DNA of 64,000 nt from an uncultured Aminicenantes bacterium (GCA_965195285.1 CBDAFS010000041.1:1-64000); one strand, 5' to 3'; numbered from the stretch's first letter, positions 40,640 through 50,636 are shown. Numbers and translations are program-made. The notes: generated by a model from the letters alone, not told the origin.

Positions 40640-40906
40640 GGGGACGTTGCTTGACAGTGTGACATTTGTTTTTACAGCAGTGAGGAAAAGGTGTTTTAAA
40701 GGGGTAGGGGAAAACGCGCCTGGCAGGGAAACCATGGGTGGACCGGGATTAGGAAAACTATGTCCCAAAAAAAGAAAACCCTGAATTATCAATACTATAC
40801 AACGTTTTCAGGATTTCAAAGTTGAAAATTTGTGAAAAATTTTGTAAATATTTTGGCACAAATCTGGCACAATTATACAAAATGTAGCAATGCAAGTCTT
40901 GCCCTC
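40640..40906. repeat. GGGG-bounded unit C: tRNA-Arg 3' half (40715-40755) plus TGGCACA direct repeats
   Basis: GGGGACGTTGCTTGACAGTGTGACATTT (+); CGCGCCTGGCAGGGAAACCATGGGTGGACCGGGATTAGGAA; TTTTGGCACAAATCTGGCACAA; GAGGGCAAGACTTGCATTGCTACA (-). Confidence 0.75.
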
Positions 40907-41032
40907 ATCGATTTTTTCTCCTGGATTGAAGGTAGATTTTTTTTTGGATTTATCATGAGAATTTTGTAAATTTACAATAAAAATTCCAACTTTTTTAAGT
41001 TTTTTCGTAATAATAAATAGGGAAGAACCAAA

Positions 41033-42202
41033 ATGAAGTATCTATTTATGAAGAAGATAATGATGTTGATCATTTTTATTGTAATGACCTCTGTTTCCTG
41101 TGATAAAACCAATGATGAATGGGTCTATTCAGTGCCGGTAAATCACAACGATGGCTGGGAGACCGCTTCTGTGGAGGATGTCGGAATCAGTCTACAACCT
41201 CTCACTTCAATGATGAATTATTACAACACAATAGAACACAAGATCCACTCCATCCTGATTGTTAAAAACGGCAAACTTGTTTTTGAAGAGTATTTTCCGG
41301 GATATACTGTTGGCAGCAGCAGTAATGATTTTGAGGGGGATTACGTCACTTTTTCCTGGGATAGGGTTCATATAACGTGTTCGGTCACCAAAAGTTTTAC
41401 CTCTGCTCTGGTAGGGATCGCCATTGACAAAAAATTTATCAAAAATGAGAAGGTAACCATTTTTTCCTATTTCCCGGATTACAGCCACTTACAGGATAAG
41501 CAGAAAAACAAGATCACCATTGAACATCTGGTGACCATGACTGCAGGCCTGGAATGGGATGACAGTGAAGGCCCTGAATCAGACAGGAACCAAATATGGC
41601 AGGAGTCAGATCCCATTGGATTCATTCTTGACCGGCCGGTGGTGGATGAACCAGGCACAGTTTATTTATATTCCGGTGGAAATATCAACCTGGCCGGGGA
41701 GATCATTAAACGGGCCAGCGGGCTGGATGCTTCTGCCTTTTCCGGGGAACATCTGTTTAATCATCTGGGAGTTACCCAGTTCCAGTGGGGATATTATCAA
41801 AACAATGTTGTTCACTGCTCAGGTGACCTGTTTATCACCCCTCGCACTATGGCAAAATTCGGCACCCTTTTTCTCAATAAAGGGATCTGGAAGAACACAC
41901 GGATTATTTCAGAACAGTGGATAAACAAATCAGTATCCCCATATATTCAACTACCTCAGCCCAATAATTCTGTAACTCCTGCTGACTCCTATGGTTATGC
42001 CTGGTGGATCTATGATTACGAATTGGATGGCGGTTATAAGGTCCATTCCTATTCAGCCCGGGGTAGGGGCGGGCAGGATATCATCATGCTCCCGGTCCTG
42101 GATACAGTAGTTGTATTTACCCAGGGATATTACCTCACCCATTATCATCAGGCACAACATATTATGGATCGTTACATTCTGAAAGCAATTTTAAATATTT
42201 AG
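41033..42202 (+). CDS. Serine hydrolase, beta-lactamase/AmpC-like family (probable lipoprotein)
   Basis: SVTK (SxxK), ITIEHLVTMTAGL, PGTVYLYS, ARGRGGQ; lipobox-like SVSC. Confidence 0.9.
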   Translation: MKYLFMKKIMMLIIFIVMTSVSCDKTNDEWVYSVPVNHNDGWETASVEDVGISLQPLTSMMNYYNTIEHKIHSILIVKNGKLVFEEYFPGYTVGSSSNDFEGDYVTFSWDRVHITCSVTKSFTSALVGIAIDKKFIKNEKVTIFSYFPDYSHLQDKQKNKITIEHLVTMTAGLEWDDSEGPESDRNQIWQESDPIGFILDRPVVDEPGTVYLYSGGNINLAGEIIKRASGLDASAFSGEHLFNHLGVTQFQWGYYQNNVVHCSGDLFITPRTMAKFGTLFLNKGIWKNTRIISEQWINKSVSPYIQLPQPNNSVTPADSYGYAWWIYDYELDGGYKVHSYSARGRGGQDIIMLPVLDTVVVFTQGYYLTHYHQAQHIMDRYILKAILNI

Positions 42203-42321
42203 CTTAATGAAGATGCGATGAAAAAGGGGTCATATGGTGAGGGACGGTGCCTGACTTTATGACTTTATTGTCCATTCGATTAAGCATCATAAAATGGGGG
42301 CAGGTCACTTTGATAAAAATA

Positions 42322-42394
42322 CGCGCCTGGCAGGGATCGAACCTGCGGCACCGGGATTAGGAATCCCGCGCTCTATCCTCTGAGCTACAGGCGC
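42322..42394 (-). tRNA. tRNA-Arg(CCT)
   Basis: GCGCCTGTAGCTCAGAGGATAGAGCGCGGGATTCCTAATCCCGGTGCCGCAGGTTCGATCCCTGCCAGGCGCG folds as a full cloverleaf; TACAAT just upstream. Confidence 0.95.
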
Positions 42395-42412
42395 ATGGAG
42401 AGATTGTATCAA

Positions 42413-42571
42413 AGGTAGAGGTAAAGGTAAAGGTTGAGGTTAAGGTTGAGGGGAAAACGTAAATCGTGAGTCGTAAGTCGTGAATTGTAAGGCATTAGGG
42501 TAGGGGCGAATGGCAATTCGCCCTTTTTTATTGAATGGCTGTTATCCGGGCAAACCGTTGTTTGCCCCTAC
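42413..42571. repeat. (AGGTAA)n tract and REP doublet 42500-42571
   Basis: GTAGGGGCGAATGGCAATTCGCCC and GGGCAAACCGTTGTTTGCCCCTAC. Confidence 0.8.
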
Positions 42572-42603
42572 ATGATTATAATTGTTTTGAGATTGATCAG
42601 CAC

Positions 42604-43863
42604 TTAAAAATAAAACCTGAATGATGTGTATACCATATCCGGGTAGGCGCCGAATTCAGAGTGGAGCAGGGGTGAATTCTCTTCAAGTGGGTTCGGAACA
42701 TATTCGGGTTTTTTCCCCACTCCGATATAGGCCCCGGCAGCAATATAAATATTTTCGGCGATGTTGTATTCAACCTGAGGTGAAAATGAGAGGGACAAAT
42801 CACTGAGATTGGCCAGCAGGAATCCGGTGGCGGTGATCAGCCCCGTGATCTGTTTGGTGATTCCCAGACCCAGATAGTGTTTTCCTAATAAATAAACCGC
42901 TCCGTCTCTGAATGCCGGTGAATCAAGGATGTTTAGATAGTTTTCGGCCTGATTTTCTCCGGCCGAACTGTAGTGGTATTCCACAAATGTGTATACACCA
43001 CCCCTGAAATTGAAATCAAGACCGAAAGAAGCTCTGAAGTACGGATCTTCCTTTTCCGGTTCCGAGTTGAAGAAATCCGGTGACACATAGGCCATCTCCA
43101 GCCAGATACTGGCGCCTCCGACTGCCCGTGACAGATCGAAACCGATCAGCAGGTTTTCTCTGAAGGACATCAGCAGCAGACTCAGGTCAGTCTTCAGCAG
43201 ATAGGTCTTTCCCCTCAGGAAGAAGGCACTTTTATCGCCCCTGAAATCGTCACCGGCCACAAAGCCGATATCCAGTTCATCCATCATGCCCAGCGGGATT
43301 CTCACCCTCAGGGCATCCACTCCGCGGCGTTCTTCGGTGTCCAGTTCGTTGAAGCTGAAGGGGGCTATAACATCTGTCGGATTGATGATCCGGGCGCTTC
43401 CCCAGGCAATGGCCTGCCTCCCCAGAAAAATATCGCCGAATTTGAATTTAAGAGTAACATAAAAACGGTCCAGGTTTTGAAACAGCCCGAAACTTTCCGG
43501 AGTGATATCGGACCTGGGATAGATTTGAGAGGGAAAATCAGCAAACCGGTAGTCGAGCGGTTCGATTCCGAAGGAATAGATATCCTGATTGAAAAGACGT
43601 GAGTCCTGAATCCGGGGATAGATATCATAGGCCGTATGCAGCGAGAACCACTCGGCAGGTTTATACCTGATTTGAATCCGCAGCCGGTTATTGACCGCTC
43701 CCATATCCGGATCCTTCAGGCTTTCATCGCCCATCTGATAGCGGGGTTGAATAAGCAGGGTAGAAAAGTTTTTTACATAACCCGAAATTTCGAACGGATT
43801 TTCGGCTGAAGCAGGCAGGGCAATTAAAAGCAGGACAATCAGGATTTTCCAGGGACGTTGCAT
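42604..43863 (-). CDS. Putative outer-membrane beta-barrel protein of the ABC/LolA-like operon
   Basis: Signal peptide, LDR..., GRQAIAWG...NPTD motif, C-terminal FRFYF. Confidence 0.75.
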   Translation of the reverse strand: MQRPWKILIVLLLIALPASAENPFEISGYVKNFSTLLIQPRYQMGDESLKDPDMGAVNNRLRIQIRYKPAEWFSLHTAYDIYPRIQDSRLFNQDIYSFGIEPLDYRFADFPSQIYPRSDITPESFGLFQNLDRFYVTLKFKFGDIFLGRQAIAWGSARIINPTDVIAPFSFNELDTEERRGVDALRVRIPLGMMDELDIGFVAGDDFRGDKSAFFLRGKTYLLKTDLSLLLMSFRENLLIGFDLSRAVGGASIWLEMAYVSPDFFNSEPEKEDPYFRASFGLDFNFRGGVYTFVEYHYSSAGENQAENYLNILDSPAFRDGAVYLLGKHYLGLGITKQITGLITATGFLLANLSDLSLSFSPQVEYNIAENIYIAAGAYIGVGKKPEYVPNPLEENSPLLHSEFGAYPDMVYTSFRFYF

Positions 43864-43873
43864 GTTGATCCGT

Positions 43874-44575
43874 CTATTTTTTGCGAATGTCCTCAGATAT
43901 TTGACCGTCTTTCAGGGTGATCACCCGGGTGGCTTTTTCCATGACCATGGGGTCATGAGTGGAAAACAGAAAGGTCATTCCGGTGTTTTGATTCAGGGTG
44001 TGCATCATATCGATCAGGTTGGATCCGGTTTCCGAATCCAGATTGGCAGTCGGTTCATCAGCCAGAATAAGTGCTGGACGTGAGACCATGGCCCGGGCGA
44101 TGGCTACCCGCTGTTGTTGTCCGCCTGATAATTTGGGCGGGACTCGGCTCTCCATTTCAAGTAATCCTACCTGGTCCAGCATATTCCTGACCCGTTCATG
44201 CCGTTCCTCTTTTTTTATCCCCTGCAGCATCATGATGTATTCAACATTTTCACGTACCGTGAGGACAGGGATAAGGTTGTAGGCCTGAAAAATAAATCCG
44301 ATTTGATCCCGGCGAAAATCCGACAGCTGACGTCCGTTCATTTCAGATAGTGCATTTCCTTTCAACCATATTTTACCCGAGGTCGGGGTGTCCAATCCGG
44401 ATATAATATTGAGCAGAGTGGTTTTTCCAGATCCGGAGGGTCCTACAATGGCCGTGAACTCACCGGGTCCTATGGTCAGATTGACACCCCTGACCGCATG
44501 AACTTCCATGCCGTTATCCTGATAGGTTTTTTTCAGATCTTCTGTGATGATGATGAAATCATTTTGGCGATTCAT
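43874..44575 (-). CDS. LolD/MacB-type ABC ATP-binding protein
   Basis: [36 protein letters not shown]. Confidence 0.93.
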   Translation of the reverse strand: MNRQNDFIIITEDLKKTYQDNGMEVHAVRGVNLTIGPGEFTAIVGPSGSGKTTLLNIISGLDTPTSGKIWLKGNALSEMNGRQLSDFRRDQIGFIFQAYNLIPVLTVRENVEYIMMLQGIKKEERHERVRNMLDQVGLLEMESRVPPKLSGGQQQRVAIARAMVSRPALILADEPTANLDSETGSNLIDMMHTLNQNTGMTFLFSTHDPMVMEKATRVITLKDGQISEDIRKK

Positions 44576-44589
44576 GGTTGTTCCTCCTG

Positions 44590-45822
44590 TTATAGGCTAC
44601 GACGGATGGCATCGGTTATTGACATGCGGGATGCCACTATTGCCGGATATATTCCCACCAGCAGGGTAAAAGCAAACAGCCCTGCGGGATAGATAATGAA
44701 TTGATAGATTTTCATGACCGGATAGAGTAAATCATTGAAGGTGGTACCGGCAAATTCAATTCCCCGGTAATCGATTCCGGTCTGGGCCATGATTCCGGTA
44801 ATAATCAGGCTTATAATAATGCCGATGACCGCACTGATTATTCCCAGAGAACCGGATTCGGCCAGCATCAGTTTAAACACTCCCCAGGGACGTGTTCCCA
44901 CTGCTCTGAGAATACCGAATTCAAAGAGACGCTCATAAAGGGACATAAACAGGGTATTGATAATCCCGAATATGACCACGATAATCAGCAGGAATGCCAG
45001 TATAACTTTGAATGCCCCGGTCATCTCAAACATGGTTTTGAGTTGGGGCAATAACTCCTCCCAGCTGATTGCTTTATTACCGTGATCGGAGAAGGTTTTC
45101 CAGAAAGGGAGATCTTCTTGGGAGGCATATTTTAATTGGCTGAATTTTATAGCGATTTCGTGGACTTGGTCCCCGATTCCCAGCATCTGCTGGGCAACTG
45201 GCAGGCGGATAAAGGCCATACCCTGGTCCATCTCTTTGATGGAAAAATGGTATATCCCGGAGACCCGGAACATTTCCTGGGAGAGATCTCCGCTGTGAGC
45301 GGTTGATACGGTTGCCACCAGTCGATCACCCAGTCCAATTTCAAGTATTTCAGCCAGTTTGCTGCCGATGACAATATCACGGGGATTGGCTTCGGAGAAA
45401 AAATTTCCCTCTTTGATAGCGTCATCGATCTTGGAAATGGCTCTTTCTCTCTGGGGATCGATTCCCACCAGCAGAACGGAATTCACATTGGCCGGAGAGG
45501 TGATCATGGCCATGGCCAGGGTGCGAGGACTGTAGCCTTCCACCAGGGGATCGGTTTTCAGGCCTTTGATCACCTCTTCTGATTGGTTGACGGTTAGAGT
45601 CGTATCGCGACTGGTTTGAAAACCCTCCCGGTGAATCTGGGCCTCTCCGATAAATGAATCGGTTGCCGAACGGATGGCCACATCTTCCATGCCGATAATC
45701 AGGCCGTCATAGAAGATCAGGCAGGCCAGGCCGATACCGATGGCAATTCCGGCGATGATGGTACGCCGCTTGTTGCGCAGAACGTTTCTCCAGGCAAGTT
45801 TGATATAAAACCACATAGTCAT
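44590..45822 (-). CDS. LolC/E-type (FtsX) ABC permease
   Basis: LAWRNVLRNKRRT, NTLFMSLYERLFEFGILRAVG. Confidence 0.9.
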   Translation of the reverse strand: MTMWFYIKLAWRNVLRNKRRTIIAGIAIGIGLACLIFYDGLIIGMEDVAIRSATDSFIGEAQIHREGFQTSRDTTLTVNQSEEVIKGLKTDPLVEGYSPRTLAMAMITSPANVNSVLLVGIDPQRERAISKIDDAIKEGNFFSEANPRDIVIGSKLAEILEIGLGDRLVATVSTAHSGDLSQEMFRVSGIYHFSIKEMDQGMAFIRLPVAQQMLGIGDQVHEIAIKFSQLKYASQEDLPFWKTFSDHGNKAISWEELLPQLKTMFEMTGAFKVILAFLLIIVVIFGIINTLFMSLYERLFEFGILRAVGTRPWGVFKLMLAESGSLGIISAVIGIIISLIITGIMAQTGIDYRGIEFAGTTFNDLLYPVMKIYQFIIYPAGLFAFTLLVGIYPAIVASRMSITDAIRRSL

Positions 45823-45829
45823 TTCTCCT

Positions 45830-47050
45830 TTAATGTATCCGCATCGATTTTGCAGCATCGGTCCGGGCTGCTTTTAAAGCCGGAAGGAATCCCACCACAA
45901 GTGACGATATCAGGATGGTAATAGCCGGGATATAGAAGCTGCGGGCATTGATTTCCGCCTTGAAGGTGTCGAAGGTCATGCCGCCATAGGAAAACTCCAT
46001 GCCCATATTGATGCCGTGGGTTGTCAGAATGCTGTTGATGATCCAGGCCATACCGAAACCGATAATGATCGAAAAGAAAGCCATGATGTTGACCTCGGTC
46101 ATGACCAGTTTAACGATTTGACTGGGCCGGGTGCCGATGGCTTTCAGTACCCCATACTCACGGGTTCGTTCCAGAACCGACATTAAAACCGTGTTCAATA
46201 CGCCGACTGCCACGATCAATACGATGATCACCAGCGAGATCCACATACCTTCCATATCCGCCTTCATGGCCAGGTAGAAGGACCGGGCAAATACCTGCCA
46301 GGGATTGACCGACAGTTCAGGTCTGTTTATTAATGTTGAAATGGTATCGGTCATCGGTTTTACCTTATTCAGATGACCGATGTTAATGGCAATTTCATGG
46401 ATCCGGTTTCCCAGTACCAGCAATTCCTGGGCATCTTGTATGTGTAGATAGAATGATATGCGATCTGACATCAGGTCGCCGGAATCGACCAGACCTACTA
46501 TGGTGTAGCGATCGTTGGCAATTGAACCATCGGCTCCCTGGGAGACAATGACAATGTCGTCCCGGACATCGGCATTGAGTAATTTGGCCAGCTCTTTTCC
46601 CAGCAGAACCTGATGGTCGGCACGGTTGGAGAAGTATTGTCCCTGGGAGACCTTTTTATGAAACTGGGTGGTCATTTGTTCGCGGGTTGGGTCGATACCG
46701 ATGATGCGAACGCCGGCACTTTTTTCCTTGACCGAGACCAGACCGGCCGAATACACCCGGGGTGCAAACGAATCGATTTCAGTCAGTGTCTGAAGCTGAT
46801 TTTGAATGCCTGAATAATCATTGATGGTTTTGTAGAGGGATGGACGGTCCAGGTAATGTTGTTCATGGATCTGGATGTGACCGAAGTTGTGGCGGGTAAA
46901 GTTATCGATGATATGGTTGTAGCTCCCATCGGCCCAGCCGATAAACACAGCAGCCATCACAAATCCGCCGAACATGCTCAAAATGGTGAGAATGGTCCGG
47001 CGCTTCTGCCGAAAAATGTTGCGGAAAGCGATTTTAAGCAGCATGATCAA
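45830..47050 (-). CDS. LolC/E-type (FtsX) ABC permease
   Basis: IAFRNIFRQKRRT, NTVLMSVLERTREYGVLKAIG. Confidence 0.9.
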   Translation of the reverse strand: MIMLLKIAFRNIFRQKRRTILTILSMFGGFVMAAVFIGWADGSYNHIIDNFTRHNFGHIQIHEQHYLDRPSLYKTINDYSGIQNQLQTLTEIDSFAPRVYSAGLVSVKEKSAGVRIIGIDPTREQMTTQFHKKVSQGQYFSNRADHQVLLGKELAKLLNADVRDDIVIVSQGADGSIANDRYTIVGLVDSGDLMSDRISFYLHIQDAQELLVLGNRIHEIAINIGHLNKVKPMTDTISTLINRPELSVNPWQVFARSFYLAMKADMEGMWISLVIIVLIVAVGVLNTVLMSVLERTREYGVLKAIGTRPSQIVKLVMTEVNIMAFFSIIIGFGMAWIINSILTTHGINMGMEFSYGGMTFDTFKAEINARSFYIPAITILISSLVVGFLPALKAARTDAAKSMRIH

Positions 47051-47811
47051 ATCCTTGAGCGCAGGTTTCTCAGACTAAAGGTGTCGTCCGGAATCTTGAT
47101 GTCAAAGCGGGCTTCAATGTAGCGGACAAGCGTCCTGTTTCCCTCTTTATGGGTCGATATGAGTTCCATGACCGATGGTATGGTTCGGTCATCAAATGTT
47201 TTTATGCCCCGATAAACCATTTCTCGCATTAACTTTCCTCTTTCATCATAATATTTCTGCCAGACTGGAAGATAGTCATTTTTCCTGACAGCGATGATAA
47301 CATATCCCCAAACGATTGGACGGTCCTTTTTGGGAATGCATTTGATATATATTTCCCCCGGCTTCGGATCGTCTATAGCTGTCATTTCAAAATGGTAATC
47401 CTTGAGAAAGGTATATTCTTTAACCAGGTCGTCGTTGGTGAAATCCGAACCCATCCAGGAGCTCATCATCATCGAGGGTGGAATTTTCATGACTTTATTG
47501 GTCTTGGGAAGAAAGTTCCACATTTCGTTTCCGATACGTAGTGTGGTCATGCCCTGTTCCTTTTTGGGTTCAAGAATGCGGATAAATGTATTTTCCGCTC
47601 CCTTACTCCAGATATTGATCTTTAGTGTCCGTTTCCAGTGGGGAGTAACGATTTCCATTTCAACCAGGGCCATGCTGGAATCACTGCGATAAAGTTCATC
47701 TACTCTTCTCAATATTTCGATCGCATCCTGGGTTTGACCTGCACCCAGGGACGCCGAAGATATGAAACTGAAGAGGATGAAACACAATATAACTGCGATC
47801 GATGCTTTCAT
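47047..47811 (-). CDS. Outer-membrane lipoprotein-sorting protein (LolA-like)
   Basis: Signal peptide; MWNFLP, SWMGSDFTNDDL, FSLRNLR. Confidence 0.85.
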   Translation of the reverse strand: MKASIAVILCFILFSFISSASLGAGQTQDAIEILRRVDELYRSDSSMALVEMEIVTPHWKRTLKINIWSKGAENTFIRILEPKKEQGMTTLRIGNEMWNFLPKTNKVMKIPPSMMMSSWMGSDFTNDDLVKEYTFLKDYHFEMTAIDDPKPGEIYIKCIPKKDRPIVWGYVIIAVRKNDYLPVWQKYYDERGKLMREMVYRGIKTFDDRTIPSVMELISTHKEGNRTLVRYIEARFDIKIPDDTFSLRNLRSRI

Positions 47812-47878
47812 GATTTTTCTCCTTGTAGATAAAATAAATTGAAAGGCAATCCTGATTTATATTTTTTTGACATTTGTT

Positions 47879-48496
47879 TCATCTTATGGAAATTCCCTCC
47901 AGAACCATACGAACCATCTCTTTCATGGTTTTGTCAAAATCAATGGTTTTATCCAAGAGCCACTGGACCATGATGCCATCATTCATGCCCAGAATTATTA
48001 TAGCCATGTTCTTGGCATCCAGGTCTTTTCTGAAACTGCCTTCTCTGATTCCATCTTTTATCAGGTCCTCACACAATTTTCTGTAGGCCTGGTAAAAGAT
48101 GTTCATTTCCTTGAACAGGATGTTTTTTGCCTGAATGTTTTTGATGCTCTCCGCCCAGAAATCAAATATCAATTCCATGAGTTGCCTGTTTTCGGGTAAT
48201 TGCATGGTTCGGGTAAAGGCATCGAAAACCTGCTTGAGTTTTTCAATGGAGGGGAGAGAGGATAGCAGGATCTCTTCAAAATCAAACTCGAGTTCTTTTA
48301 TGAAAAAGTAAAAGGAATTATTAATGATTTCATCTTTGGTTTCGAAATAATCATAGATAGTACCCTTCCCGGTTCCGGCAGCTTCGGCAATATCACTGAT
48401 AGTTGTGCGGGAAAATCCCTTTTGGGCAAATAATTTGATGGCTGCCCTGATAATCAATTCCTTTTTTTCTTTTTTATCAACAATTTTTGCGCTCAT
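47879..48496 (-). CDS. TetR/AcrR family transcriptional regulator
   Basis: LFAQKGFSRTTISDIAEAAGTGKGTIYDYFETKDE HTH. Confidence 0.93.
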   Translation of the reverse strand: MSAKIVDKKEKKELIIRAAIKLFAQKGFSRTTISDIAEAAGTGKGTIYDYFETKDEIINNSFYFFIKELEFDFEEILLSSLPSIEKLKQVFDAFTRTMQLPENRQLMELIFDFWAESIKNIQAKNILFKEMNIFYQAYRKLCEDLIKDGIREGSFRKDLDAKNMAIIILGMNDGIMVQWLLDKTIDFDKTMKEMVRMVLEGISIR

Positions 48497-48506
48497 TGTA
48501 TTTATT

Positions 48507-48526
48507 ATGACCGACTGGTCGGTCAT
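48507..48526. promoter_or_regulatory. Putative TetR operator
   Basis: Palindrome ATGACCGAC-TG-GTCGGTCAT 10 bp upstream of the TetR start. Confidence 0.75.
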
Positions 48527-48613
48527 TTATACCATTGTGATATTAAATGTGAAATATTTCAAGTGAAAATTGAAAAAAAATATATTTATTAGAAAAAGAA
48601 AATAAAAAAAGGA

Positions 48614-48756
48614 GTGGACGTTGCTTGACAGTGTGACATTTTGTTTTTTATTTGATTTAGGGAAAGAATTTAAAAGAGTAGGGGAAACGCGCCTGGCAGG
48701 AGAACCATGGGTGGCACCGGGATTCTTAATGAATGCAAAATATAAGACCTGATCCC
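48614..48756. repeat. GGG-bounded unit D containing tRNA-Arg 3' fragment (48688-48724)
   Basis: GTGGACGTTGCTTGACAGTGTGACATTT (+); CGCGCCTGGCAGGAGAACCATGGGTGGCACCGGGATT; GGGATCAGGTCTTATATTTTGCA (-). Confidence 0.75.
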
Positions 48757-48804
48757 AATATTACAATATTAACTAAATGTCGAGATCAGATAAAAATATT
48801 TATT

Positions 48805-50370
48805 TTAAACTCTTTTTGGAAGTTTTTGTCCTGATGGAGTCATAGCCAGACCCCCAAGAGCCGTACAACGTAGCTCTGATGGCAACATTTTCCCGACTGA
48901 ATATACGGCATCAATGGTTTCATCCAGAGGAATGGGATTTATATATCCGCCTAAAATAAGGTCAGCACAAACAAATGCCGAAGAGGCAGCTACTGCATTT
49001 CGGGTATGGCAGGGTATCTCACAGATCCCCTGGACAAGATCACAGACGGAACCCATTGTATTCTGAAAAGCGATGGCTGCAGAATCACAGGCTTGTTTGG
49101 CATTTCCGCCTGCACTTTCGATAACAGCAGCTGCAGCCATGGCGCCGGCTGTTCCGATTTCCACCTGACATCCGGCAATTTCAGCAGCAAAAGTGGCTCG
49201 CCTGGCAACAATTAAACCGATAGCAGAGGCGGCAAACAAAGCCCGGGCTATTTGTTTGGGTTTCATTTTTTTTTCATCAGCCAGAGAGGTGATCACTCCG
49301 GGGATAGTTCCTGCCGAGCCTCCGGTTGGGGCCGCACAAACAATTCCCATACTGTTATTAATATGCATCACGGCCATAGCTCTGGCTGCAGCCCGAGTAT
49401 GAAGACCGCCTATGGCAAGGCCCCCCATATTCTCCTTTCTGATTATTTCAGAAGCAGTCGGTTGCAGGAGCTGCATCTGGACATTATTTATATCAAGTCC
49501 CCGGTATACGGATTCCTGCATGATTCTATACCGGTAAATCATCTCGTCAAGAGCACTTTTTTTTGATATTCCGAGAAGATTCGCTTCATAAACCAGAGCA
49601 ATTTCTCCCAATGATTGAGCTTGTTTTTCGGCCGTGCGGATCATTTCGCGGGCACTTACAAACAATTCTTTGCCTTTTTTGACTTTGAAAACTGGAGAAG
49701 TTGTCCAAATTTTTTTGATCCCTTCTAATGAATCTATTTTAATTTTATCTTTTTGGGATATTCGATTTTCAAATCGAGCTACAATAACTTTCTCATTTTT
49801 CTGATCAGAAATATCAGGAGAATCTATTAGACCAGCCATTTTTTTTATTCGTGATATCAATTTCCTGGAATCTTTGTGGCAAATAATTACATATTCTACT
49901 GCTTTGCCAGAGAGGAGGACGTTATAACCATTGAGACGGGTAATTTTGATCATTCCTCCTCCGATTGATTGGGCTTCGACAGTGAGTTTTTGATTGCTTT
50001 TTCCGGTTATTTCTATCAGTACAAAGTTGGGATGACTGGCCTGTTTCAATTCGGATATCTTGAAATTAATTTTCCAGCCTTTTTTTTCTGCTATTTTAAG
50101 GGCCTGAAAAAAAAGATCATCCGTTAAGGATAAACCAAGAAGCCCGCTTATCAGAGCAAGATCAACACCCTGTTCCCGGAAAACCCGGGCATAAGAACTG
50201 TCGGGATCAAAAGTAAATTCAATTGCTGTTGGATCCTCTTCAATCATAGAATAAACCAGTCGGCCGATATGATAGGATCCGGCTGTATGAGAACTTGAAG
50301 GTCCCCGCATTACCGGACCCATTACATCATTGAAGATACTGATAAATACCATGCTTTTGCCCGATAACAA
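48805..50370 (-). CDS. Fe-S L-serine dehydratase, fused beta-ACT-alpha type
   Basis: GPVMRGPSSSHTAG, SIGGG, AAPTGGSAG, AGCQVE, GSVCD...EIPC, ELRCTALGGL. Confidence 0.9.
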   Translation of the reverse strand: MLSGKSMVFISIFNDVMGPVMRGPSSSHTAGSYHIGRLVYSMIEEDPTAIEFTFDPDSSYARVFREQGVDLALISGLLGLSLTDDLFFQALKIAEKKGWKINFKISELKQASHPNFVLIEITGKSNQKLTVEAQSIGGGMIKITRLNGYNVLLSGKAVEYVIICHKDSRKLISRIKKMAGLIDSPDISDQKNEKVIVARFENRISQKDKIKIDSLEGIKKIWTTSPVFKVKKGKELFVSAREMIRTAEKQAQSLGEIALVYEANLLGISKKSALDEMIYRYRIMQESVYRGLDINNVQMQLLQPTASEIIRKENMGGLAIGGLHTRAAARAMAVMHINNSMGIVCAAPTGGSAGTIPGVITSLADEKKMKPKQIARALFAASAIGLIVARRATFAAEIAGCQVEIGTAGAMAAAAVIESAGGNAKQACDSAAIAFQNTMGSVCDLVQGICEIPCHTRNAVAASSAFVCADLILGGYINPIPLDETIDAVYSVGKMLPSELRCTALGGLAMTPSGQKLPKRV

Positions 50371-50636
50371 GTTATCACAAAAGGATTAAAAAGGAAATTA
50401 GTAAAAAAATCGGGATCAGGTCTCTTCATGACAAAAAAATGAAAAAATGAAAAAATGAAAAAATGGGGACGAAAAAATGGGGACGGTGCTTGACTATTTG
50501 ACTTTTTCAAATCTTCTTCCTGCTTCTGAAAAAGAACCTGTAAAAAAGTGGGGTGGATGCTTTAAAACCTGTTAATATCGAATATTATGATTAAATAATC
50601 AACGTTGAACCTTGAACATTGAATGTGGAACTTAAA

